Assembly: GCF_004010195.1 (NCBI RefSeq)
Contig: NC_057750.1
Location: forward strand, 13,234,463 to 13,267,392
Direction of reading: 5' to 3'
Length of the DNA: 32,930 nucleotides
Source of the DNA: Chiloscyllium plagiosum
Taxonomy: Eukaryota
Below are positions 19,591-30,014 of the stretch, piece after piece. The translations under genes and the position numbers were made by a program. Positions within the stretch are counted from its first letter, which is position 1. The number at the start of each line of letters is the position of its first letter. The notes beneath the pieces were generated by a model, which was given only the letters and a program-made list of their open reading frames with translations, searched no databases and had not been told where the DNA came from.

Positions 19591-19888
19591 AAAAGAATGG
19601 ACCTTGGACTATTGGAAAATGAGGCCAGAGAAACAGTAATAGAAATGGTGGAGGAACCGCTCAGGTATTTTGCATCAATCTTCAGGGTCGGAAGAAACCA
19701 GCAGCATTCCAGAACTTCGATAGAGTCGGGGGCAAAGGTTAAAAGAATGGACCTTGGACCATTGGAAAATGAGGCCAGAGAAACAGTAATAGAAATGTGG
19801 AGGAACCGCTCAGGTATTTTGCATCAATCTTCAGGGTCGGAAGAAACCAGCAGCATTCCAGAACTTCGATAGAGTCGGGGGCAAAGGT
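19591..19888 (+). repeat. ~150-bp tandem duplication within the CR1 fragment
   Basis: 19591-19739 and 19741-19888 differ at only about 2 positions. Confidence 0.95.
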
Positions 19889-20249
19889 GAGGGTAGTGGC
19901 CGTGACTAAGGAGAGGGTGCTGGGGGACAGCTGAAAGGTCTGGAGGTGGATAAATCACCCAGACCAGATGGACTGTACCTCAGGGTTCTGAAAAGAGAGA
20001 GCTGAGGAGATTATGGAATCTTGGGTACTCACTGATCTTTCAGAAATCACTGGAGTCCAGGAGGGTCCCAGGGGACTGGACAAATGGCTAATGTAACACC
20101 CCTGTTTAAGCAGGAAGGGAGGCCGAGGGCAGGAAACTGTAGGCCGGTTAGCCTGAGCTTGGTCATTGGTAAGAGTTTAGAGTCCGTCATTAAGAATGAA
20201 TGTGTTGAGTATCCGGAAGTGCGCGGTAAAATACTCATGATGCGAAGAT

Positions 20250-20417
20250 ACTGGTTGGACTGGGGTAGACAAAGTTAAAAATCCCACAACACCAGGTTAT
20301 AGTCCAACAGGTTTATTTGGAAGCACTAGCTTTCGGAGCGCTGATCCCGTACAACCACCTGATGAAGGAGCAAATAAACCTGTTGGACTATAACCTGGGG
20401 TTGTGGGATTTTTAACA
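20250..20417. mobile_element. Palindromic family B element inserted in the CR1
   Basis: GTTAAAAATCCCACAACACCAGGTTATAGTCCAACAGGTTTATTTG ... CAAATAAACCTGTTGGACTATAACCTGGGGTTGTGGGATTTTTAAC. Partial HHR halves (CTGATGAAGGAGC; GCTCCGAAAGC on minus). Confidence 0.8.
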
Positions 20418-21112
20418 CAGTAAAATAAGGCTGAGTCATCAAGGCCTAACAAATCTATTAAGAATTCTCTGTCAAGTAAAGTTGGACAAAGGAGAGCAAG
20501 TGGACATGATCGATTTAGATTTCCAAAAGGCCTTTGACAACCACACAGGAGATTGCTAAATAAGATAGAGCCCATGGTGTTACTGACCTGGATAGAGGAT
20601 TGGCTGACTGGCAGACGGCAGAGAGTGGGGATGAAGGGGTCGTTTACAGCATGGCAGCTAGTGACCAGTGGCGTTCCACAGGGGTCAGCGTTGGGACCAC
20701 AACTGTTCACGTTATACATTAACAACGAGGGCATTGTTCCAAGATTTGCAAATAGATAGGGTGGAGGGACAGGTGGTGTTGAGGAAACAGGGAACTTGTA
20801 CAAGGATTTGGACAGGAGAATGGGCAAAGAGGTGGCAGATGGGAACGTGGGAAAGTGAGAGGCACGCCCTTCGGTCGGAAGAACAGGGGAAAAGCTTCGG
20901 CAATCTGAAGCACAAATGGACTTAGGAGTGCGGCTTCAGGATTCTCTTCAGGTTAACATGCAGGTTCAATTGGCAGCCTGGAAGGCAAATGTAATATTAG
21001 CATTCATTTCAAGAGGGCTAGTATATCATCAGAAATGTCTGGCTGAGGCTCTGGTCAGGCCGCATTGGGAATATTGCCAGCCCTTGTAATTCTGCTACCC
21101 ATCCTATGATGT

Positions 21113-21250
21113 ACTAATGCCCTTAGGGAAGGGAATCCTGCCACCCTTACCCGGTCCACATGTGACTCCAGACCAGGATGTGGGTGAATCGTAATTGCCC
21201 TCTGAAATAGCCTAGCAAACCATTCGATTGCTAAGGAGGGCAACTAGGGA
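21113..21250 (+). mobile_element. SINE family 2, 3' fragment
   Basis: ACTAATGCCCTTAGGGAAGG..CTGCCACCCTTACCCGGTC..GTGACTCCAGACC..GGGCAACTAGGGAT. Confidence 0.75.
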
Positions 21251-21255
21251 TCACA

Positions 21256-21750
21256 GAGCGTGGACACAGGCTGTTCGGCCTACCGAGCACACACCGACTC
21301 TCCGAGAGCATCCCTCATATCGTGCATTTCCCATGGCCAATCCACCCTAACCTGCACATCCCTGGGCACTATAGGTAATTTAGCATGGCCAATCCACCCT
21401 AACCTGCACATNNNNNNNNNNNNNNNNNNNNNCCTAACCTGCACATCCCTGGGCACTATGAGGTAATTTAGCATGGCCAATCCACCCTAACCTGCACATC
21501 CCTGGACACCATGGGGCAATTTAGCATGGCCAACCCTCCTTAACCTATACATCCCTGAACGCTATGGGTAATTTAGCATGGCCAATCCACCCTAACCTGC
21601 ACATCTTTGGATTATGGGAGGAAACTGGAGCACCCGGAGGAAACCCACGCAGACACGGGGAGAATGTGCAAACTCCCCACAGACAGTCGCCCGAGGGTGG
21701 AATCGAACTTGGATCCCTGGCGCTGTAAGGCAGCAGTACTAACCATTTGG
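21256..21750 (-). mobile_element. HE1-type SINE with tandemly amplified ~52-bp internal unit (N gap 21412-21432)
   Basis: ATGGCCAA(T/C)CC.CC.TAACCT starts at 21333, 21385, 21473, 21526 and 21578. Head near 21750. Confidence 0.9.
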
Positions 21751-22216
21751 CCAAGCCAGAGAACCCAATCCCTATCCTGTGAAGGGGAGGTTGTACCGAC
21801 AGTAAGTTTGCATTTCCAAAATGAAACCTTTCCCAATGACCCTTGGGTGGGTGGGGGGACCATTTTGGAGAGGCTGCACCCTTCAGTCAAGTGCCCGGGA
21901 TGGGTTGGAGTCAGTGGGGTGGGGGAGGAGGGAGGGAGACACTGCTGTTTGCCTCTGCTTTCAACCCACGGCCTGGTGAGTCTTTCAACTGCTCACATCC
22001 CCTTGCCCCATTCCCAGGCAGCTCCAGGATGTTTATTTATGTCTGTGGTGCCCGTCTCCCTCGGGTAGAGTTCAGTGAGAAATTAAATCTCAAGGATGGA
22101 TAACTAAAGGAATGGTTTGGAAAAGTCTTGTCTCCTCTGGCCTGTCGGATGAGGAATGTTTAAAGAATTCAGACTCTGGAGGAAGCATGTATCCTCTGTC
22201 AAGCCCGACAACTCAC

Positions 22217-22289
22217 TTTAGGAAGCTATTGCTGTGGGCTATAATGGATGTTTTATTCATAAAGATGTACTCAGCAGCAACAGGAAAAT
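22217..22289 (-). CDS. Candidate 73-bp internal coding exon, unidentified protein (xFPVAAEYIFMNKTSIIAHSNSFLx)
   Basis: Minus-strand acceptor TTTGTGTTTAG|, donor AAA|GTGAGT, one open frame, located in unique sequence. No homolog recognised. Confidence 0.25.
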
Positions 22290-22644
22290 CTAAACACAAA
22301 TCTCCATATTTAATTTGCAGGAGCTGATTTTTCGTCCTTTGAGTTTATCCGAGGGGAACAGACTGCGCTTGTTCCCAGTGGTTTATCTGACTTTGGGTTT
22401 CTTGTAAACTGTGAAATTGTTCAGAGACTTGGAGCAGAATAATTAAACATCACGTTTTCCCCATCACTTCATTTCCGGGTATTAAGAAAATACACGAGTC
22501 TGAGAGAGTACAACATTTTATTAATTGAGAGCACTGACTTTATTGCAGTGTCTGCCAGACCCATAGTTTCTATGTACTTATTAAAGTGTTCCATCACCTC
22601 ACAAGGAGCTTAAGTTACAAATGCCTTCCTGTTCAACCCTCTCT

Positions 22645-23423
22645 CGGACAGGGACAGCACAGGGTTAGATCAGAGTGAACCTCCCTTTACACTGTCCCCC
22701 CATCAAACACTCCCGGGACAGGGACAGTATGGGGTTAGATACAGAGTAAAGTTCTCTCTACACTGTTCACCCATCAAACACTCCCGGGACAGGGACAGTA
22801 CAGGGTTAGATACAGAGTAAAGCTTTCTCTATGCTGTCCCCATCAAACACTCCCAGGACAGGGTTGGATGCAGATTAAAACTTTCTCTACACTGTCCACC
22901 CATCAAACACTCCCGGAACAGGGACAGTACAGGGTTAGATGCAGAGTAAAGCTTTCTCTACATTGTCCCCCTCTTAAACACTCCTGGGACAGGGACAGTA
23001 CATGGTTAGAGGCAGAGTAAAGCTTTCTCTACATTGTCCCCCTCTTAAACACTCCCGGAACAGGGACAGTACAGGGTTAGATGCAGAGTAAAGCTTTCTC
23101 TACACTGTCCCCATCAAACACTCCTGGGACAGGGACAGTACATGGTTAGATGCAGAGTAAAGCTTTCTCTACATTGTCCCCCTCTTAAACACTCCCGGGA
23201 CAGAGACAGCACAGGGTTAGGTACAGAGTAAAGCTCTCTCTACACTGTCCACCCATCATACACTCCCAGGACAGGGTTAGCTACAGAGTAAGGCTCTCTC
23301 TACACTGTCCACCCATCATACACTCCCAGGACAGGGTTAGCTACAGAGTAAGGCTCTCTCTACACTGCCCACCAATCATACACTTCCAGGACATGGACAG
23401 CACGGGGTTAAGTGCAGAGTAAA
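22645..23423. repeat. Minisatellite, ~70-bp unit with 58-60-bp variants, about 11-12 units
   Basis: GGGACAGGGACAGTACAGGGTTAGATRCAGAGTAAAGCTYTCTCTACACTGTCCCCCATCAAACACTCCC repeated head-to-tail. Confidence 0.95.
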
Positions 23424-23904
23424 TGTGTCTTGGCAGCACCTTCTGTCAGAATGCTGGACAGCGGTACTGGTTGGGGAACGGGGTGTGTCAGTAGGAGCCT
23501 CTCAGACACCTCTCCTGCTGCTCCCTGACCCATGAGAGGCGGGGCCAAACTGGGCATCTTTTACCCGTGGCTGGGGAGTGGGGGGGGGGGGGGGGTGAGG
23601 GGATGTGGGGGGGAGGGTTGCGCTGGACAGGATGTGCACAGGCAGCAACAGGACGGGGAATCGGGAACGGGGGTTTGAAATGGAATCATGGAGCGAGCTG
23701 ACTGAGCTGGGTGAGATGTGGAGAAGCTGGACAGATCCTGATCTTCTCTCTGACCCTCACTGCCCTGGCAATCCGAACTGAAGGGAAGACTGAGATCTGT
23801 CACTGTGCTGGGATCCACAAATTCCGTTAACCTCCCTCTCAGTGGTTACAACCCCATGTCCATTCTGAACTTACTAATTCCAGTCGGACACAGATCCTTC
23901 TTAT

Positions 23905-24262
23905 AGAGTCATACCGCATGGAAACAGCACGGTCCAACCCTGTCCACGCCGACCAGATATCCCAACCCAATCTAGTCCCACCTGCCAGCACCTGGCCCAT
24001 ATCCCTCCAAACCCTTCCTATTCATATACCCATCCAAATGCCTCTTAAATGTTGCAATTGTACCAGCCTCCACCACTTCCTCTGGCAGCTCATTCCATAC
24101 CCGTACCACCCTCTGCGTGAAAAAGTTACCCCTTAGGTCCCTTTTAAATCTTTCCCCTCTCACCTTAAATCTATACCCTCGGGTTTTGGACTCTCCTAGC
24201 CTGAGGAAAAGACCTTGTCTACTCACCCGATCCATGTCCCTGGTGATTTTCATAATGATAAA
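23905..24262 (-). mobile_element. CR1/HER1-type LINE 3' fragment
   Basis: ORF 23972-24358 encodes RFKVRGERFKRDLRGNFFTQRVVRVWNELPEEVVEAGTIATFKRHLDGYMNRKGLEGYG. Confidence 0.92.
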
Positions 24263-24304
24263 GGACGTCAGGCAATATTGTGTTCCCACATCTCCAATTT
24301 CACG

Positions 24305-24430
24305 AATGCAGCAACACACACAGAGAATGCTGGAGGAACTCAGCAGGTCTGGCAGCATCTGTGGAGACAGAGAGAGAAAAAAACAGAGTTAATGTTTCGC
24401 ATCTGAGATGATTTTTCTTCTGAACTGAAG
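24305..24430 (-). mobile_element. PLE pseudo-LTR-like element (family D), decayed HHR
   Basis: TGCTGGAGGAACTCAGCAGGTCTGGCAGCATC is related to family A arms. Minus strand TCAGAAGA...CGAAACATTAAC. Confidence 0.55.
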
Positions 24431-24439
24431 TAATTTTTA

Positions 24440-24785
24440 ATTTGATTTATTATTGTCATGTGCACCAAGTTACAGTGGAAAGTACGGTTTTGTCATGCTG
24501 TCCAGACAAAAGATACCTTACGTAAGTACATGAGGGTAGGACAACAGAATGCAGAATAGTGTAACAGCTACAGAGAAGATGCAGAAAAAGACCGACTCTA
24601 ATATGTGAGAGGTCCGCTCATATGTCTGATAACAGCCGGGGAAGACACTTATCTTGAATTGGCTGGTGTGTGTTTTCAAACTTTTGTATTTTCTGCCCAA
24701 TGGAAGAGGGTGGAAGAGATTCTAATCGGGGTGGGAGGGGTCTTTGATGATGTTGGCTGCATTCCCGAGTCAGTGGGTGGGAGGC
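24440..24785 (-). mobile_element. Rex1/Babar-type LINE 3' fragment
   Basis: Shares GGGTGGGAGGGGTCTTTGATGATGTTGGCTGC with 4626-5069. Minus strand encodes GRKYKSLKTHTSQFK. Confidence 0.8.
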
Positions 24786-24790
24786 AAGAC

Positions 24791-24980
24791 AGTGGCGCTG
24801 GAAAAGCAGCATCCAAGAAGCAGGAGAATCAACTTTTCGGGCATAAGCTCTTCATCAGAAAGAGCATTTGCATGAAACAGCGATCCTCCCGCTCTTCGGA
24901 TGCTGCCCGACCTGCTGTGCTTTTCCAGCACCACTCTCTCGACTCTGAGCTCCAGCCTCTGCAGCCCTCACTTGCTCCTC
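24791..24980. mobile_element. Palindromic family A element, decayed
   Basis: GTGGCGCTGGAAAAGCA..GCTCTTCATCAG ... GATGCTGCCCGACCTGCTGTGCTTTTCCAGCACCAC. Confidence 0.75.
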
Positions 24981-25751
24981 GATGAAAGAAAGGTTGGCGT
25001 CCGTGACGAAGTGGGCTGTGTTCACAACTCTCTGTCATTTTGTTTTTGCTGTCTTTGTCAATGTCAGAGTTGCAGTTCTCGATGCCCCTTCTCATTTCTT
25101 CTAGCTCTTGCCAAATTGTGAAAACCGCAGAGCGTTGGCAGTAAAGTTGGAGTTGCCCGCTGTAGGGTCGACCCTGGTGCCAGTTTGACTGGCAGTGGAA
25201 GGGTATAACTGGCTCAACGCCAGCTGGCCCCCCCATTGCCGGTTCTCAGTCGGAAATCGCAGTGCCCCCAGTGCCAGCCCCGGGATTCCTCAGTCTTCCC
25301 CCAGATTGTCGAGGATTTCAAAGTCTCTCCCTGCCACCCTCAGCACAGCCCCTCACACAGGACAGTGAGAAGGTTACATTTCTCGCCTGGCCTTCCTGTC
25401 TGCAATAGCCCTCGACTTGGTACCACCCAGAGAGGCGTCGCTGCTGCATTTGAAGTCAAAGCCGGAGTTGAGATATAATGGGTTTATTAATTTCTCAAAT
25501 AACTTTGCAAGGCCCACACATTGGCTGACAGTCTGTCATATCCACCGCTCTGTGCAGCAGCCACTGTCTCTCTCCCTCTCTTTCTCCATTCTCACACACC
25601 CTTTATCTCTCGTAACAATCTCTTCTGTTTATCTCTTACTAGCTGGGCCCACCGTTTACTGCCAGTCCCTAATTGCCCCTTGAGAAGGTGGGGGGTGAGC
25701 TGCCTCCCTGAACCGCTGCAGTCCACCTGCTGCCTACTTCCTTGAGAGTTT

Positions 25752-26066
25752 GATTAGATTCCCCTACAGTGTGGAAACAGGCCCCTCAGCCCAACCAGTC
25801 CACACCGACCCTCCGAAGAGCAACCCACCCAGACCCATTTACCCCTGACTAATGCACCTAACACTATGGGCAATTTAGCATGGCCAATTCACCCTGACCT
25901 GCACATCTTTGGATTGTGGGAGGAAACCTGAGCACCCGGAGGAAACCCACACAGACACAGGGAGAATGTGCAAACTCCACACAGACAGTCGCCCGAGGCT
26001 GGAATCAAACCTGGGTCCCTGGTGCTGTGAGGCAGCAGTGCTAACCACTGAGCCATCGTGCCACCC
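25752..26066 (-). mobile_element. HE1-type SINE, full length
   Basis: Head GGTGGCACGATGGCTCAGTGGTTAGC, core and (AATCT)n tail. Confidence 0.92.
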
Positions 26067-26351
26067 AATTAGGGGATTGACTGGGGCTGGACTGAGGAAC
26101 CGCTCGTTCCTTTAGGCGAACCAACCCTAATACAACAGGACGGTCTAAGGTGGCCATTCAGCCCCTGGAGTCTGCTCCACTATTGGATGGCTAATACAGC
26201 CAACCTCAATGCCCTATCCTCAAATCCCTCACTGATTCAAAACCTGCCTGAGAACAGAGAACATTACAGAGCATTCCAGGCCCTTCGGCCCTCGATATTG
26301 TGCCAATCTGTGAAACCAATCTGAAGCCCATCTATCCAACACTACTCCATT

Positions 26352-26858
26352 GTCACGTGTACCGAGACACAGTGAAAAGTTTTGTTTTGCGAGCAATACA
26401 GGCAGGTCACAGAGTGAAGTAGCGATAGATAAGTAAATAACAGGTAAACAGCGGCAAAAACAAAAACACAGGTACAGGAGAATGTGAAGAGTTTGTGAGT
26501 CCATTCAGTATTCTAACAACAGTAGGGTAGAAACTGTTACAAAACCGGCTGGTGCGTGTGTTCAGGCTTCTGTACCTTCTCCCCGATGGTAAAGGTTGTA
26601 GAAAAACATTGCCAGGGTGGGATGGATCTTTGAGAATGCTGGCGGCCTTTCCTTGACAACGGGCCTGGTAGATGGATTCTATAGATGGGAGGTTGGCCTT
26701 TGTGATTGTCCGGGCCGAGTTCACCACTCTCTGTAACCGTCTCCGATCTTGAATGGTACAGTTGCCATACCAGGTAGTGACACACCCAGACAGAATGCTC
26801 TCGATGGCGCACCTATAAAAGTTGGCGAGGATATTCACCGTCATGCCAAATTTCCTCA
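26352..26858 (-). mobile_element. Rex1/Babar-type LINE 3' end with open ORF C-terminus
   Basis: ORF 26407-26874 encodes LRKFGM..ILANFYRCAIESILSGCVTTWYGNC..LQRVVNSA..DPSHPG..LPSGRRYRSLNTRTSRFCNSFYPTVVRILN. Confidence 0.9.
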
Positions 26859-26929
26859 AATCTACACACAGCATCAGTCAGACCGCAGCCTAGAGATTGG
26901 GAACAGGTTTTGAACTGTTGTTTAAGGAC

Positions 26930-27415
26930 TGGCATTGGAGGCAATCCAGAGACGGGTTAACTCCACCGATCCTGGGTGTGGAGGGACTGTCTTATGAGGA
27001 GAGAGGTTGAGTGGTTTGGGCCTGAACCCGTTGGAGTTTAGAAGAATAAGAGGCAACATTATTGCAACAGACAAGACTCTTAGGGGACTTGACGGGGGAG
27101 ATTTGGAGAGGTTATTTCCCCTTGTGGGAAAATCTGAAACCAGAGGAGCATCATCTCAGAATAAGGGGGCCTCCATTGAAGTCAGAGATGAGGAGGAATT
27201 GCTTCTGTCTGAGGGAGGCGAATCTGAGGAATTCTTTCCCACAGAAGGTTGGACCACTCATTATATTTAAGACCGAGAGAGAGAGAGAGAGAGATTTTTA
27301 GCGAGTAAGGCAGAGAGAGTGGAACTGAGGAAAATCAGATCAGCCGTGATCTCATCGAATGGCAGTGCAGACCTGATGGGCCGAATGGCCTATGTCTGCT
27401 TCTACGTCGTTTGGG
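26930..27415 (+). mobile_element. CR1-type LINE 3' fragment
   Basis: Encodes LSYEE/RL..LGL..LEFRRIRG..LERLFPLVG, with 3' UTR GATGGGCCGAATGGCCT. Confidence 0.85.
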
Positions 27416-27419
27416 TCAT

Positions 27420-27660
27420 ATTGTGGTGGGGCTGGAGTCACATATAGGCCAGACCAGATAAGGGTGGCAGATTTCCTTCCCGAAAGGTGAGCCAGAGGGG
27501 TTGGGACAACCAGTCAGTGTTTTTTGGTTGTCATGATTGGGACGAGCTATCAGTTCCGGATTAATTGGATTTCTCTCACAACCACTGGCAATGCTGGGGT
27601 TTGAACCCTTGCTTCCTTCCCGAGAGCTGGCCCTTTCAATGATTAATGCTGTAACATCAG
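27420..27660 (-). mobile_element. SINE family 2, 5' and body
   Basis: CTGGAGTCACATATAGGCCAGACCAGATAAGGGTGGCAGATTTCCTTCCC; B box on minus (GGGGTTTGAACCC on +). Confidence 0.7.
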
Positions 27661-27677
27661 CTCTCTGCCAGCATTTG

Positions 27678-28145
27678 GATTTGATTTGATTGATTATTGC
27701 CACATGTACCTCGGTACAGTGAACAGTTTTGTTTTGCGGGCGTACAGGCAGATCACACTATACAAAGATCATTCGGGTAATAGACCAGAGCGAGGGATAT
27801 AATGTTACGGCTGCAGAGAAAGAGTGAGATCAACATTAAATTAGAAATTTGAGAGCTCCGTTTAGCTGTCTAATAACAGCGGGGAAGAAGCTGTTCTTGA
27901 ATCTGTTGTTACGTGTGTTTTACCTTTTATATCTCCTGCCTGATGGAAGAGGTTGGAAGAAATTCTAACCGGGGTGGGAGGGGTCTGTGATGATGTTGGC
28001 TGCCTTCCCGAGGCAGTGGGAAGTGTAGATGGAGTCAGTGGGTGGGAGGCTGGTTTGTGTGATGGACTGGGCTGGGTTCACAGCTCTCTGTAGTCTCTTA
28101 CGGTCCTGGGCAGAGCAGTTGCTGCACCAAACCGTGATGCATCGA
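27678..28145 (-). mobile_element. Rex1/Babar-type LINE 3' fragment
   Basis: Close copy of 4626-5069. Confidence 0.88.
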
Positions 28146-28149
28146 GATA

Positions 28150-28341
28150 GTTAAAAATCCCACAACACCCGGTTATAATCCAACAAGTTTCATTGGAATC
28201 ACTAACTTTCGGAGCGCTGCTCCTTCATCAGGTGGTTGTGCAGCGCTCCGAAAGCTAGTGCTTCCAAATAAACCTGTCGGAATATAACCTGGTGTTGTGG
28301 GATTTGTCCACCCCAATATCCAACACCAGCACCTCCACATT
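28150..28341. mobile_element. Palindromic family B element with HHR-like core on minus (28207-28231)
   Basis: Minus strand CTGATGA-A-GGAGC-AGC-GCTCC-GAAA. Right arm GCGCTCCGAAAGCTAGTGCTTCCAAATAAACCTG. Confidence 0.8.
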
Positions 28342-28784
28342 CATGCATTGAGGTAGGATGCTTTTGAGAAAAATTGGCAGGAGTGTTTATGGGATGTGCC
28401 GAATGTCGTTAGCTTCCCGCGGAAGGAAAGACGTTGTTCTGACTTGGCATCAACATGGGCGATCCAGGACACCTTATTGGTGAGCAATGTGGGGGTGCAT
28501 GACAATGCCCCACCGCCCCCCCCCCACCACTGTGGTGAAACAGCTGAGATCACGTCCTTGGAGGTTTCAGGAGAGTGGGAGGGACTTTGAATGGGAGGGA
28601 GGGGAGGAGGGAATGAGCAGACAAAATGGGGGTGGGGAGGGGGATAAGAAGCAGCCGGTGGAATTGGGAAGAAAGATGTTGGGGGTCTACTTTGTGGAAG
28701 AGTTTGGACCCGGGGGTACTCCGGATCTGTGGGAGCAGTGTCGAGGAGGTGCAGGGTAATGCAGCTGCAGGTTAACACAGTCAA

Positions 28785-29145
28785 GAGGGGTGACCTTACA
28801 GAGGTTTACAAAATTATGAGGGGCATGGATAAGGTAAATGGACAAAGTCTCTTCCCTGGGGTGGAGACCAGAACTAGAGGGCATAGGTTTAGGATGAGAG
28901 AGGAAAGATATAAGAGACCTAAGGGGCAACTTTTTCACGCAGAGGGTGGTAGTGTATGGAATGAGCTGCCAGAGGAAGTGGTGGAGGCTGGTACAATTGC
29001 AACATTTAAGAGGCATTTGGGTGGGTATATGAATAGGAAGGGTTTGGAGGGCCAAGTGCTGGCAGTGGGACTGGATTGGGTTGGGATATCTGGACGGGTT
29101 GGACCGAAGGGTCTGTTTCCGTGCTGAACGTCTCTATGACTCTAT
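28785..29145 (+). mobile_element. CR1/HER1-type LINE 3' fragment
   Basis: Encodes RGDLTEVYKIMRGMDKV..WNELPEEVVEAGTIATFKRHL, with a CTCTATGACTCTAT tail. Confidence 0.92.
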
Positions 29146-29630
29146 AAAAGCCATTAGGAACTGGTTCCTCTCCATGCTGGAGAGGAGCATTGACTGGGAG
29201 TTACAAAGAGCTGTGTAATTATACATAATAAGAAACACACATCTCCCTCAAACTCAAGCTGCTCCATCAACAACCACCTCCCCCCCCCCCCACTTCCCCT
29301 CGCTCTCTGGATTCCGTCTCCCCCTATATTGTTTCCACATTTGGTTTCCCAGCCTTTATTGGAAGCAGGTGTGAAAGTGAAGTGCAGAGATTTCCCGAGA
29401 GTCGGGAGTTTGTGCTGAATGTTCGGAGCCAGCTCCGATCCCAGAGACTCGGAAACCCACGGACAAACCTTCACCCCTCCCCCTGCGCCCGAGAATGAGC
29501 AGCCGCTCCACCTTGCAGTCTGCCCTTCATTAATGTAGCGCCCACGTCCCCAAAAGCGGGAGTCCTCGTGCGTGTTGAAGGCCGAGATGGATTCTTGATT
29601 GGTCGGGGGTGGGGGGGGGTGGGAGTCACG

Positions 29631-29735
29631 GATGTGGACAAGGTCAGAGGTCACACAACACCAGGTTATAGATCGACAGGATAATTTGAAATGGCAAGTT
29701 TTCAGAGCACTGGCCCCTTTGTCAGGTGAAGTGTC
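29631..29735 (-). mobile_element. Family B-related element, decayed HHR
   Basis: CACACAACACCAGGTTATAG; minus strand CTGACAAAGGGGC-CAGT-GCTCT-GAAA. Confidence 0.6.
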
Positions 29736-30014
29736 GGGGGGAAGCAGGTGGTATGGGGAAAGATGAGGAATGTTGGATCCACTGTGGTTCTTTTGAAAGG
29801 CTCGAGGGGCCGAATGGCTGATTCCAGTCCCAGTTTCTTCGAATCGTCGAATCCCCAAATTGCAGGAGGACGCCTTTTGGCCCATCCTGACTGCACTGAC
29901 CCTCCCACCTGCAACCTCGCTGGAGATCAGCAGCTTTGTGTTATCCCATTGGTTTCAAATCCGCCTTTGGATGGGATCCACACAGATATCCTTGAAATTC
30001 CATCAGCCTCCTCT

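Larger units (their letters stand above)
19370..21075 (+). mobile_element. Long decayed CR1-type LINE ORF2 fragment
   Basis: ANVTPLFK..GNCRPVSL..VIGKSLES; DF.KAFD; WLTGRRQRV..SGVPQGSALGPQLFTLYIN. Many frameshifts. Confidence 0.88.

Noticed and set aside
22645..23423. CRISPR-like array
   Set aside because: The units are tandem with no unique spacers, the context is eukaryotic, and there are no cas genes.
24985..25236. Minus-strand ORF ...WQELEEMRRGIENCNSDIDKD...
   Set aside because: It looks protein-like, but I recognise no family, there is no convincing donor site, and it runs into a repeat.
3947..26066. tRNA genes at the A/B-box motifs
   Set aside because: These are SINE heads that continue into SINE cores and LINE-derived tails, and no complete cloverleaf is evident.
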